A DNA stretch of 64,000 nt. It comes from Bugula neritina. Its lineage: Eukaryota; Animalia; Bryozoa. Within the stretch, counting starts at the first letter, position 1. Each line of letters begins with the position of its first letter. Below are positions 25,601 to 36,778 of this stretch, piece after piece. The stretch is from the NCBI GenBank assembly GCA_964035545.1, contig OZ037765.1:19220995-19284994 (forward strand), in the 5' to 3' direction. The notes under the pieces were generated by a model that searched no databases, was not told the origin of the DNA, and saw only the letters and a program-made list of their open reading frames with translations. The translations under genes were made by a program, and so were the position numbers.

Positions 25601-28600
25601 ATGATAAAAAGAGATCGAAAAAACATAGTACTGCATGTATATGACACAAAAACCAACCAACAAAAAAATTACTCCTACTCTTGCAAGCATAATAATATTC
25701 TCAAATACCAAACTATGACATATGCAAACATACATGGGTAAAGAAGTGCACTGGAAATCTCCTCATCACTGCACAAGGTCGTTGAGTATCCATTACGAAA
25801 TTTGACTTCTTTTGGTGAATGTTTCAAGGAGCGAAGGCACCACTGTGGACTTAACAAGCTTTTGGGACACGCAAGTTCTAGCAGAAGGCAATGGGCGCAG
25901 AAACATGTAGTGACTGGTCTACTAGCTGGCCATGTTTTCAGAACATGTCTAAGGATGTTATTGTTGGCAGTAATGAGCTTCTCCCACATGCGACCTATGT
26001 TAGCAGCATCAGATGACACATGGAGTAACAGCTTCCTAGATTTATAGTCGTGCACCAGATGGGTGTAGATTCCATCATGGTACACATTGGCTCCATTTCT
26101 CCTGACTTTCATTACACTGCACTCATCAGGAAACAACTCCAACAAACCAACAGTCATCTGATGGTACACGTATTGTGGCAAAGAGAGACCATTGAACTGT
26201 GTCTCAACTTTGAGGAAAATTTCTTTTGGTGGAGAGTACGAAGTGGCATAAAAGTTCTTAGCAAAATATGGTACAATAAACCATGGTTCCTTTTGTTCAT
26301 CATGTATTGGACCATACAGCAAACAAAATGTCTGGAGTAAGCAGACAGCAATGTTGACATCTTTGAAATTGCTAAAAGATGTTTCTTTTGCAATCAAGTA
26401 AAAAAGAAGGCATTGCATCATCAAACCAGTGTCAGTAAAATGACCAACAGATTTATTAAAGTCCTGCTTTTCAACACGAATTCCAGACTTTGAATAGTAA
26501 GGCTGGAACTTGTCAAGTCGGCTCTGCCATATGTTAGGATCATGATGATACAGGACACATAGAAGTTTGGTTACTTCTGAAATTCTGTAGAATATGTATT
26601 GCCGGAGAGCGCTGATATCTTTATACCACAAAACTTTGCCACAGTCATGCATGTATGTGAGGATTATGTCTAGCTGACTTGACTCAATTTGCTGAATTTC
26701 TGCTTTTACATATTGCAGTATCTCATCAAAGGTGCTGTACACAGAGGGAATAGACAACACTTTTTCATTAACCTCTTCCCAGACCATAGGCAGAGGCTTG
26801 ACAAAGTTTTGACTACTTTTAAGAAGAGAACTTTTGATCAAGTCAAACACCTCATACTTATCATCTTTTCCCACCTCATAAATTTCCTCACTAGGAAAGA
26901 CACTCCCGGCTGATTTACTAAAATGTTTGATATTAGCAAATTCTCCACCTAACGCCTTCTCTTCGCTGATAATCTCTTCAAATAACTTATTTGAAGTTTC
27001 AAGAAAACTTGTTTGAAGCCTTTGAAATTCTTTGATTTGAAACTTGTCTTTATGAGTAAATATAAGTTTTGGTGGACCAAGGGTGGGAGTAGCCAGATAG
27101 AGATGGGACATGTAATCAAAGGCTAATCTTCTAACAGCTTCTCTGTGTGATGATTCGTTTGCAATGCTATCATACTGCTCCATGTTGACTACAATGACTG
27201 GTATACAATTTTGCCTTAGTGTTAGTTGATAGGTTATATGGTAGACCTCCTGGCCTCCCATATCAATGAGACGGAGCACTGTACCATCAACCTCAACCTC
27301 TTCCACATTAAACACCTTGGTTGTCTCATCTCTTACAGCATCTGATCCTCTGTTGGTCAGAACTCTCTTTCTGTCAGCGCTCTGTAATGTTCTTATTAGG
27401 CTTGTTTTTCCAGCCATTGTATTGCCCAGAATAGCTATAGTAGCAAATGGTAGGTTTCTACCAGCACCTTTAGCCAAGTCTGCATAATACTGTCTTGCGG
27501 AATCTACTCCCCTCTTGCATACTTCTAGTGGAGGAGATATAAGCGAATGGCAGTCAAATACATTCAGCTCATGAAGTTGAGTTAGCTGAAATATCTTGGG
27601 ATCTAAGGATGTCAAGGATTTATTGTAAGATATGTCCAGTTCTAGCAGACTATTCAATGTGTACACAGAAGATGGTAAACGGGTTATATTGTTTGCGGAT
27701 ACGTTGAGCTTCTTTAAATTCTGTAGACTCTGTATGCTGGCAAAAAAAAAATTCTCTGTACAGTCATGTATATAATGCAAGTTGCAGCATCTAGAAATGA
27801 TTTCGCAAAAGCTCAAAAACGCTAGTTTATAAATAAGTGCCTCTTTCATGCGCAACATCTACATATTGTGTAGGTATTGTGTTTTTCCATCCAAATATCT
27901 AAATGGTGTGATAAATCAAACTGTTCTAGAAACCTGGCTGAAAAATTAAAAAAAATTATCTCCTCTATAAAATATGGATCAACATCAACGATTACTGCTC
28001 GACAAGTAACCTGCTAATTCAATATTTCTAGAAGGTGTTTATCATTCTAACAACATATTTTTATTTTTATTCTGTAATTGCAAACAATAAAAATGATATT
28101 TAATTAATGACGATGTCTTGTGCAAATTTTGCCCAATTGATTTTAGAGAATATTATAAGTAAAATATTATATTTCTATAGACAAACGGCTAAGAACTAAA
28201 AATATTTGTTGTAGAACAATTATTATATTCACATATTATGTTGACAATATTGTTTTTGACGAACATTGGGTAAATAGTAAATAATGTTTTAAATTCATGT
28301 CCAAAGATAAAAATTAAATTGTTTAATAGTTTAGAAGATTAGCCACAAAATATTAATTGAAGCAGAAAAATAAACTAAAAGTAACTTGAAATTATTATGT
28401 ACCCGCTCATTGATTTGTATAAAGCACCCATCGTTATACATCCTACTTGCATATATGAACTATTATTCTCGGGTTCAGTCCAGATAGACAACCCCCCAGA
28501 TAGACAACCCCAGATGTTGCTATCAAATATGTGTGCAGATGATGTTCAAATATATTTGACTACTTTAAACTTTAAAATTAAATAGAAATAATGTAGAAAA

Positions 28601-31600
28601 ACAGTGTAAAAAAATTATATTATAATTATTATAATTTCAAAAAATCAGGCATTTTATGGATATGGCTTCAGTAAACTGCTAGAGCAACGGCTTCAAAGAA
28701 TCATATTATACATATCCATATAATGCCTGATCTTTTTCAATAATACAACATAATTTTTACACTATCTTTCTACATTATATCCATTTAATTCTACAGTTTA
28801 AAGTAGACAAATATATTTGAACATCATCTGCACACATACTTGATGGCAATATTTGGGGTTGTCTATCTGGGGGTCATCTAACTGAAATTTGGTTGTCTAA
28901 CTGGGGTTATCGATCAGAAATGACACCTTAAATTCTCTCCATATATTTTAGCATCACCAGTCAGGCATAGCAAATTTGAAGCTCAAGAAAACAGTAACAT
29001 ACAGAGATAAAAATTTACAAGATAAAAATAGGCTACTCTGGTCAATGGAAGAGCAGTGATGAGTTACAAGTGATTTTTAATAGAACATTGAATGAGTTAA
29101 AATCTCAATTGCAACAAGCTATTCTCAACTTGAGTGTTAACTGTAGCAACCTCTGTCATATATGCACATAGTTGCCTAATGCCACTAATGAAACTTGTAT
29201 AATCTTATGTGCTATACACACCTGTTTGGTAGAGCTGGAAGTTTACAAAAGCTCATGTTCAACTCTCGCAATGATAGTAAGGATGTGAATATATCGTCAG
29301 ATAGACCGTCAAATAAGTTATTCATTGCTATATTCAACACCTCAAGATTCTTCAGTGAAGATATGCTGTAATACAACGTACAGACATAAAAGCATGTCAT
29401 AACATTTAGAATAAATGCATAAATTGATAAAATGTTGTATGAAATCATCAACATGAGTTTTCACTATGTCCTGGTAGAAACTAGTAGGGTTTGAGCTGCT
29501 TGTAGATAGGTTGGAGAGAGAAGAGGTTAAGACAGAAGTATACACATGTATTAACATTTACATTTTTATATCCTAGCAAGTAAGTATCTTAAATGGAGAA
29601 GGTTTTATATATAGCCCTAAGTGTAGAAAATCATAGACTGAGGAAACTGATAGCAACCAGCATGTCAAAACAATTGAAGCTAAGTTGTTGAGGTTCGTAA
29701 TCAAATAGCTGTGAAGTCACAAGGGAATAACACACAAAGCAACAATTACATTAACAATATAGTTGGAGCTTTGGTGTGGTAGAACGCTAGTATGTTGACA
29801 GTGATACGAGAGAAGACAACTCTACTATACAAGACAGCAAGCTGGAAAAATGAAATAGTCAGTGAGTAGCGATGAGTGAAGGAGCCATTAGTGATACTTA
29901 GAAGAAGCGCAAGTATTATGAGACCATCTTCAACTTGAGTGTCAACTGTAAAAACCTTTGCTGTGTGTGCAGACAGTTGCTGAGTTACATATAAAATATT
30001 ATCATTAGTACAGTATAATTCTACATTATAATATAATACATACCTGTTTGGTAGAGTGGGCAGTTTGCAGTACTCCATGTTCAATTCTTTCAATGATAGT
30101 AAGGATGTGAATATATTGTCAGGTAGACCTCCACATAGGTTATTGTATGATATATTCAACACCTCAAGAGTCTTTAGCAAAGATATGCTGTAAAAAAACA
30201 TGCAGGTATGACATCATGTCATAGGGCATACAATTCAGTATAATATGTATGTGAGTTGATACTAAATCATATTATACAACATGACTACATAGACATAAAA
30301 TATATGAAAAAATTTTGTATCCATGAATAATCTGAGTTTCTTGATGACTATTAATATATAGGCTAGTACAGATCAACCCTTATACAACAGCAATGAGAAA
30401 AGAACTTTGACTGTACTATAAATAACGAGAAATAAACCACTCTTTCACAGAAAACAGGGTCATTCCATGCCAAATCAACCAAATTTTAGGATGTCCCACA
30501 CCTTTGCGTCTCAAAATTTGATCATATTTACACCAAATGAGCCTACGCATGTTATGAGTACTATTCTTGAATACTTCTGTCCGGCACAAAAACTTTTTGA
30601 AAAAATGACTACTTTTGTGAATAGTGGCTGGTCGTTATACATGTTTGTCTGTATGCCCCATTAAGCACTGTCACAGATACCCACTGAAATGGTCTTTCAG
30701 ACCTTTAGTAGATGTGACTTTTAGTTCTACAGGGATGTCTAGCACACTCTCCCTATTGTCAAGACAGTAGAAGATATTGGTTTAGTTGTCAAAAGTCGAC
30801 CCATGAGACAGTTTGTACCGGTTACATGGTTATCGATAGCAGATTAAATACCTGAATTTCCTAGCATGTCACAGTAAAAGTAGCAATTCTCCTAGTAACG
30901 ATGCTAATTACAATTTGCCTCAGAAATATGCCAAATACAATCTCTACTAACAGAATAGGCAATTTTGAACAAAAAGCTGCTGTTACAGTTTAATCATCAA
31001 AGCTATAACCATATTAATTGCTATTCCCAGTTCAAGTATAAACATAAGCAATATCCTAGATTAAATTTACAAATTCTACTCCTACTACATTTTAATCACA
31101 TGATGTTCATAATTAATGTGCAGTTCCAGTTGGTGTTTGAACAAAATCTGAGATGCAAAGCCTTGAGTCATTCGTTGAGTTTGTATGGAATGACCCACTA
31201 ACAAGTATTCAATACCCACAAGTTTCTCAATCGCCAACTATAACGGATGTGCTAAATCATGCACTATAATATCTAATAACATGAATACAACACTACCAGC
31301 ACTATGATGATATTATACCTGGTCCAGTGAGCATCACTCTCTACTCTACATAGTCTTAGGTGTGTGAGGTGAGGAAACAGGGCGTTGATATTTGGAGGAA
31401 ACTCATTGTTCAGTATAAGATGAGTAACTGTATGATGTCTACTAATATTATTGATATCTTCTATAGTGTAGGATGTGGTATCATTCCTCATCCACTCATT
31501 GTCAATGTCAGATATAGTAAATGTGTTAAACCACAGTCTGTACTTCTCTAGAAAATATGCACCAATTTGTATAATTTGCAACTTTGATATCAAACAATAG

Positions 31601-32514
31601 TAAAATAGTGAATAGAGTGACAGTCTCAATCCTATAAACAGTAGGTATTGCAGCATAATTAGAGAATTTACATATTCAAACCGGATTTTAAATTCAATTG
31701 TTCATTATTGATGGAAAATATTAGTTTATTAAACCAAAAATAATATGTTGATTGATCTCTGTAACTCAGTGGTCTTCAAAAGCTTCTAACTATCTATAAC
31801 TTATATACATAAGTAAACATAAGTAGCTTATATCTTTAGACTCCAGCATCAGAAAACTCATTCAACATACTTTGATTTCAGTACTTGTAATATTACTGAT
31901 ACACGTCCATATACAAAACTAGTGAAACTCTGCATAAATCATATAAGATTTAGAAACTTCAAGGGGCATCATCTAAGGCAAAATATGACTGTCAACGACA
32001 GAAAGCACCTGCTAATGATGACTGGCTAAAACTAAGACTTGCACTAATACAATGAAAGTTGACTAGCTTGACATGAGATATTGCAAAGCAATTACACCAT
32101 AGACATTCTTTCAACTAAATAATTAACAAAATACTTTTGGACTTCAGCTAAATTAGTGACAAAATCCAAATCTTAGTTTTTTTTTATATCTCTTACCAGC
32201 ATGGCTTTAATATTAGGTCTGAGCAGACTTAACAATAGGAATGACCTTCATTATTGTTCACTATCTAATTAAACTAATAGTGAATGCATATTTCTACTAT
32301 TGTAAGAAAACTGCTCAGACTACATACTAATTTTAAATACAGAAATAAAGTTATTACTGCTATTCAGACTTTCCATTTTTTCCACAACATGCAGCTACCG
32401 ATCACAGTATATATGCATTCATATGATTTACTAACTTGTAACAGACTGAGTTAGAGGCTCAGTTAGGTCTGGATTCACAGGTTGAGGTGAAGGTCGAGAC
32501 ACTGACTCACTCAT
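22698..32514 (-). CDS. LRR-Roc-COR (Roco GTPase)-caspase fusion protein, ~1234 aa, 12 coding exons (32436-32514, 31319-31547, 30044-30187, 29222-29365, 25734-27736, 25451-25543, 25079-25269, 24603-24773, 24196-24418, 23511-23684, 23305-23414, 22698-22841)
   Basis: All 11 introns are GT-AG with matching phases; total 3705 nt with no internal stop. LRRs (LKTLEVLNISYNNL etc.), Roc motifs GNTMAGKT / DMGGQ / THKD, COR region, caspase large subunit (RGRALIVNN, RRGSNVD, IMTHGG, GKPKVVILEVCSG) and small subunit (DLLVVKSS, SKRHSEYGS, KLYLFPG). The first coding exon is the least certain. Confidence 0.87.
28471..28927. mobile_element. Foldback MITE (~190 bp inverted arms) in a Roco-caspase intron
   Basis: CCAGATAGACAACCCC...GCAGATGATGTTCAAATATATTTG...ATCAGGCATT(T/A)TATGGATATG is mirrored as its reverse complement at ~28710-28875. 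Confidence 0.8.
30457..31196. mobile_element. Non-autonomous TIR element (superfamily unassigned) containing a diverged piece of the satellite monomer
   Basis: Left end GGGTCATTCCATGCCAAATCAAC; right end reverse complement GGGTCATTCCATACAAACTCAAC. No exact TSD (AACA vs ACTA). Confidence 0.7.
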
Positions 32515-33599
32515 TATTTGGTGTCTGTAACAGCTGTTGTTGTATTTAGTAGTCTTTATTCTTATCTGTAGCAGTCATGACATATAATTATTTCATAGCA
32601 AAATGATTATGGTAACATATGTAATCATTATGTTCTTTAAATTGATTGATGTTAAAAACTAAAAATCAGCAACAGCAGTTTATGCTGCAACTAAATTATA
32701 TACACTAGAGCAGATGGAAGTTTTGAACTTGTATGGCGAATAATAAATTGCTATCACATCGGGAAATTTTTTGTTTTTTATGATCTTATTCTCTCTTCAA
32801 GTTATTTTTTAAAGCATGTTAAGAGAAGGCTACTAACTGTTCTTACTCCAAATCAATTTCAATGCATAAATTATTAGACATTATTCTAAACTTTGCGATT
32901 TTCTTCTAATCATATTCTGCAAGCAAACTAAGTCAATTGACATAGCTAAGGCTGTTGCCTTGAGCAGTGCTTCTAGCACCAACTTAATATTAAAGTTTGA
33001 AATATTACCCCTAATAATGAACTGAAGATATTACTAATACATCTTAGCATTATCTTACAAAGCTAAGTCAATCGACGTGAGACTGAGTATTTGTTTTTAC
33101 TATTAAAATTAAAATTAATGAATTATTATCATTATTAATGTACAATAGATATTATTATTAGTATTACTATTCATAATGTACTAGAAATACCAATAATAAT
33201 ATCATCTATTTCAGTATTTGGAAGTGAATGCTCAAAATCCTACTCATAATTAGTAAAAAGAATTAAATCATCTCTGATTTATAACAACATATGTAAGAAA
33301 TGACAGTAACCCAGTAAATACTATTAAATTAAATATCAACATGTTTATGCTAACAATAACAGTATAAGTATAACTAATAGTATTAGTAATAGCAATACTA
33401 TTACTATAATTTATAGTTATAGTATAACTTATACTTAATCTTGTACTATTAGTATCACTACTACTGTTACTATTAGTATTAGTATTAAATTTAGAATAGA
33501 TTTATTATACATATGACTATTACCAATGAGACATGAGTACTAGTTAAACTAGTAGTAATATAACTATATTCTATAACTATAAGTAATATGCTCATAGCC

Positions 33600-33845
33600 A
33601 TTGCTCAGTATCACTAATGCTATCACTATCAGTATCAGTATGACTATGAGTACTCAGTAGTCAGCATTAATATGACATTGGCCATCAGTATCCCTATGAG
33701 TATGACTATGAGTATGAGTATGACTATCAGATCACTATGAATATGAGTATCAGTAGGACTATGAGTATGAATGTCACTATCAGTATGAGTATCAATATCA
33801 GTATGAGTATCACTATGAGTATGACTAACTGACAGCCACTATGAT
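33600..33845. repeat. Degenerate hexamer repeat (TATGAG/TATCAG)n in a low-complexity AT-rich region
   Basis: Directly visible. Confidence 0.85.
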
Positions 33846-34301
33846 AAACAGTATTATAATTATATCTATGACTACTGTATTTCAATTTGTATTAATAATT
33901 ATAATATAATATTAGTTATAATATAAACATATTTATAATAATTATATAATTATATTAATATGTCAATATGAACATCAATAACTATAAGTATAAGTGCACA
34001 TGAAATTGAATATCAGAATGAGAATATCAATATTTAATTTTATATTAAATTATTATGATTATCATTAAAGACATTATGATTATGCTAATTTTGAAATATT
34101 TACTTTTAGTAACAAATTTAGTAACAAAATCAAACTCAAAATACATGCAATATAGAGCATAGTGATGGTTTGATATTTCATGTTGATATAATAATAATAA
34201 TTATGTGGCTTGGATGTATTTGAATGTAGCAACTACTATTGGTTACTGATAGAAACTTGTACAACGTTTTTTCTCCAGAGAGGAAATAATTTGAATGGTT
34301 C

Positions 34302-34445
34302 TATAAGCGGCTCCGCGTTGGGGCTGAATGAATACAGTAGTTGCAGTACTAGAGTTTAGAGTTGGGGGTTTCAATAAACTCCAAAACTAAATTTGAGAAC
34401 TGCAAACTACTGAACTTAATCACCCCTAACTTAGAGCTGCTTATA
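34302..34445. repeat. ~145 bp imperfect palindrome (small MITE-like hairpin)
   Basis: Paired arms TATAAGCGGCTC/GAGCTGCTTATA, CAGTAGTTGCAGT/ACTGCAAACTACTG, TTTAGAGTTGGGGGTTT/AAACTCCAAAACTAAA. Confidence 0.7.
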
Positions 34446-34483
34446 TAATTATTTAGTTTCTTAGCGCATTCTTATGCCCATAA

Positions 34484-35243
34484 CACACTACAGTCGAAAC
34501 GCGACTGTGGCGGCCATTTTGGAGCTGCTTGCGCATGCCTTCAACGTCACGTCCTACTTTTTGCTGATCACACTACAGTTCACTACAAACGATGAAAGCT
34601 AACTGTCTTTAGCCCCGCAGTAAACTTTTAACCAATAGGAATGCCATAACTCAGTTTCTGCAGTAGCCACAGTAACCAACAATCAAATTTAACGCAATTT
34701 TTTGAGATTTACTAGCATAATTTAATAAGATTTTTTAGTTATTTTTATTCTAATTTACTAGCTTCAATTATTCAAAATTACTAGCTTTATTTAATGATGT
34801 TACTTGGCTTTATTCAAGCTCATTCACTAGCCTAAAGAACTAAATAGTACGCTAATAAAATTCAACCAAATTAGAAAAACTAAATATGCAGATAAAATTC
34901 AGCAAAATTTATCTAATGAATACTTATTTTCATGATTTATTGAAACTTTCGTACATAACTTCATCATAATTGTTTTAAAAGTAAAATAATATAATTTTCG
35001 AAGAACCGAATCAAATAATAATGCTCGCTAGTAGCACGTGGAAAAAGTAAAAGCACTTAACCAATCAGGGTTTACCTGGCCAGTCAGTGATTGGCTGATC
35101 GCTCAACTTCAGCGATGACAGTTGAACATGTTGAACTTTCATCGCATCGCGAAAAACTGACAGTTGCGTTCAGTTGTGACGTCACAGAGGTCAACGCTTA
35201 GCCTCGAAAACGCGTTCAAGATGGCCGTTTTGACTGTAGTGTG
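34484..35243. mobile_element. Putative non-autonomous DNA element with CACACTACAGTC(G/A)AAACG termini
   Basis: 18 bp inverted termini with one mismatch, GC-rich subterminal zones and an AT-rich centre; no TSD recognised. Confidence 0.55.
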
Positions 35244-36778
35244 GCAGCCCCATTACCTCTACATTTCAAGAAGGTTTCTTTCGGGTTCCACACGCTGAAT
35301 AATAATAATAGTATTATTATTGCGCGCCGCGAACCAATAGTTTCTAACAATGAACTCAAAAATATTATTCCAGCTCAGTGGTTTCTAACAAATTAGAAAA
35401 GGTTATTTTCTCAAAGAAGATAACTCCATATTATAAACCTGCACTCGAATTGAGTTGTTACCATGGGTCCAATGACAAATCTAATAGTATACTGCTAGCA
35501 CTGGAAACGTAGTGATATAATATATAATTCATGTCTAGCAAAACATTTGAAAATAAAAAATATGCACTTACACAACTTCTGATAAAACGATTTTTTACAA
35601 TTAAAAATTTATATCATTATTTAGAGTTTGATCATACAATGAAATTGCCTTTGCTTGCATGGTCAAAAAGAAAGAATATTGTAATTTATATTATAACCAA
35701 TGCAATGATCTCTTTTTTTGGAGAAAACTAGCAGCAATATTAACTAAAAAGGCAACAACTTCAGTGTTATCAGTTTTATTAAAGATTCCAATGACATGCC
35801 TGAATGTCAAATAATTCAAAAAAAATAAACTCCTTAAAACCTTATTTTGAGTTTCATGTTTAAGTAATGATGGTGCTCAAGACTGTATAAATTTGACAAA
35901 AATTAGGGACATTATTTAAAATAAGCTCATACTCATAGTGCATGCTAACAGTGGTATTTTTTGTAGTCATGTTAAAACTTATATTATTCTAAGCTATCGA
36001 TCTAAGACTATATAAATAATCATACATAATACAGCAATGTGTTAAATGTTGCAAGAATAATAAAGTTTTCACCAAATGTTTGCAACTGCATTCAAATTAC
36101 ATCACTCATCTATGTTATAAAATTATAATATATATCATAATTTCATTGTTGTTGTGTATAGCCAATACGGCTGCATGCATCATAATAAATATGCATGCAG
36201 ATATATATAAATATGGGTGACTTTACCTAATTTAGTACACACTCAAAGTCTCAAGTTTTTAGCTATTTTACACACTTTAGCTGCTAATGTATATAGGTTC
36301 TTGCCAAAAACTAATGAAATATCAATAGATACAACTAAATAATCTAAGTTCTTGTTCACTTTGCTCAATTTTCCATGTTTGTCCTAATTATTTACCTAAT
36401 TTAGATTTGTGGACCGTCATGTTTATTTTTCGTGACGGTTTGAAAATCTAAATTAGCTGAAACTGGAAAAAGCCATGAGAATCAAGCAATACTGAAAAAA
36501 ATCTGTACATGTATAAAAATGAAACATGGCTATTTAAAAATTACTTTGCTGAAAGATTCAGTGTATGTGAGATGAGAATTTTACCATCACATAGCTGCCA
36601 GGAAATCAGTCTTGAGTATCACAAAACCAACGAAAGCATAAGGCAAGGAGTGGATGTCAAGAATTCGTTGAACCTGATAAGACTAAGAAATTGGCAGGAA
36701 TTTGGATAAGTATGCAAAAGAGAGGAAGATGATGACATGAGAAGAGTGCATGAGATAAGAGTCATAAGAAGAAGAAAT

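Noticed and set aside
25675-27858. 727 aa ORF as a standalone single-exon Roco gene
   Set aside because: Both ends run into intron-like sequence; a good acceptor at 27737 and donor at 25733 join in phase to the flanking LRR and linker exons.
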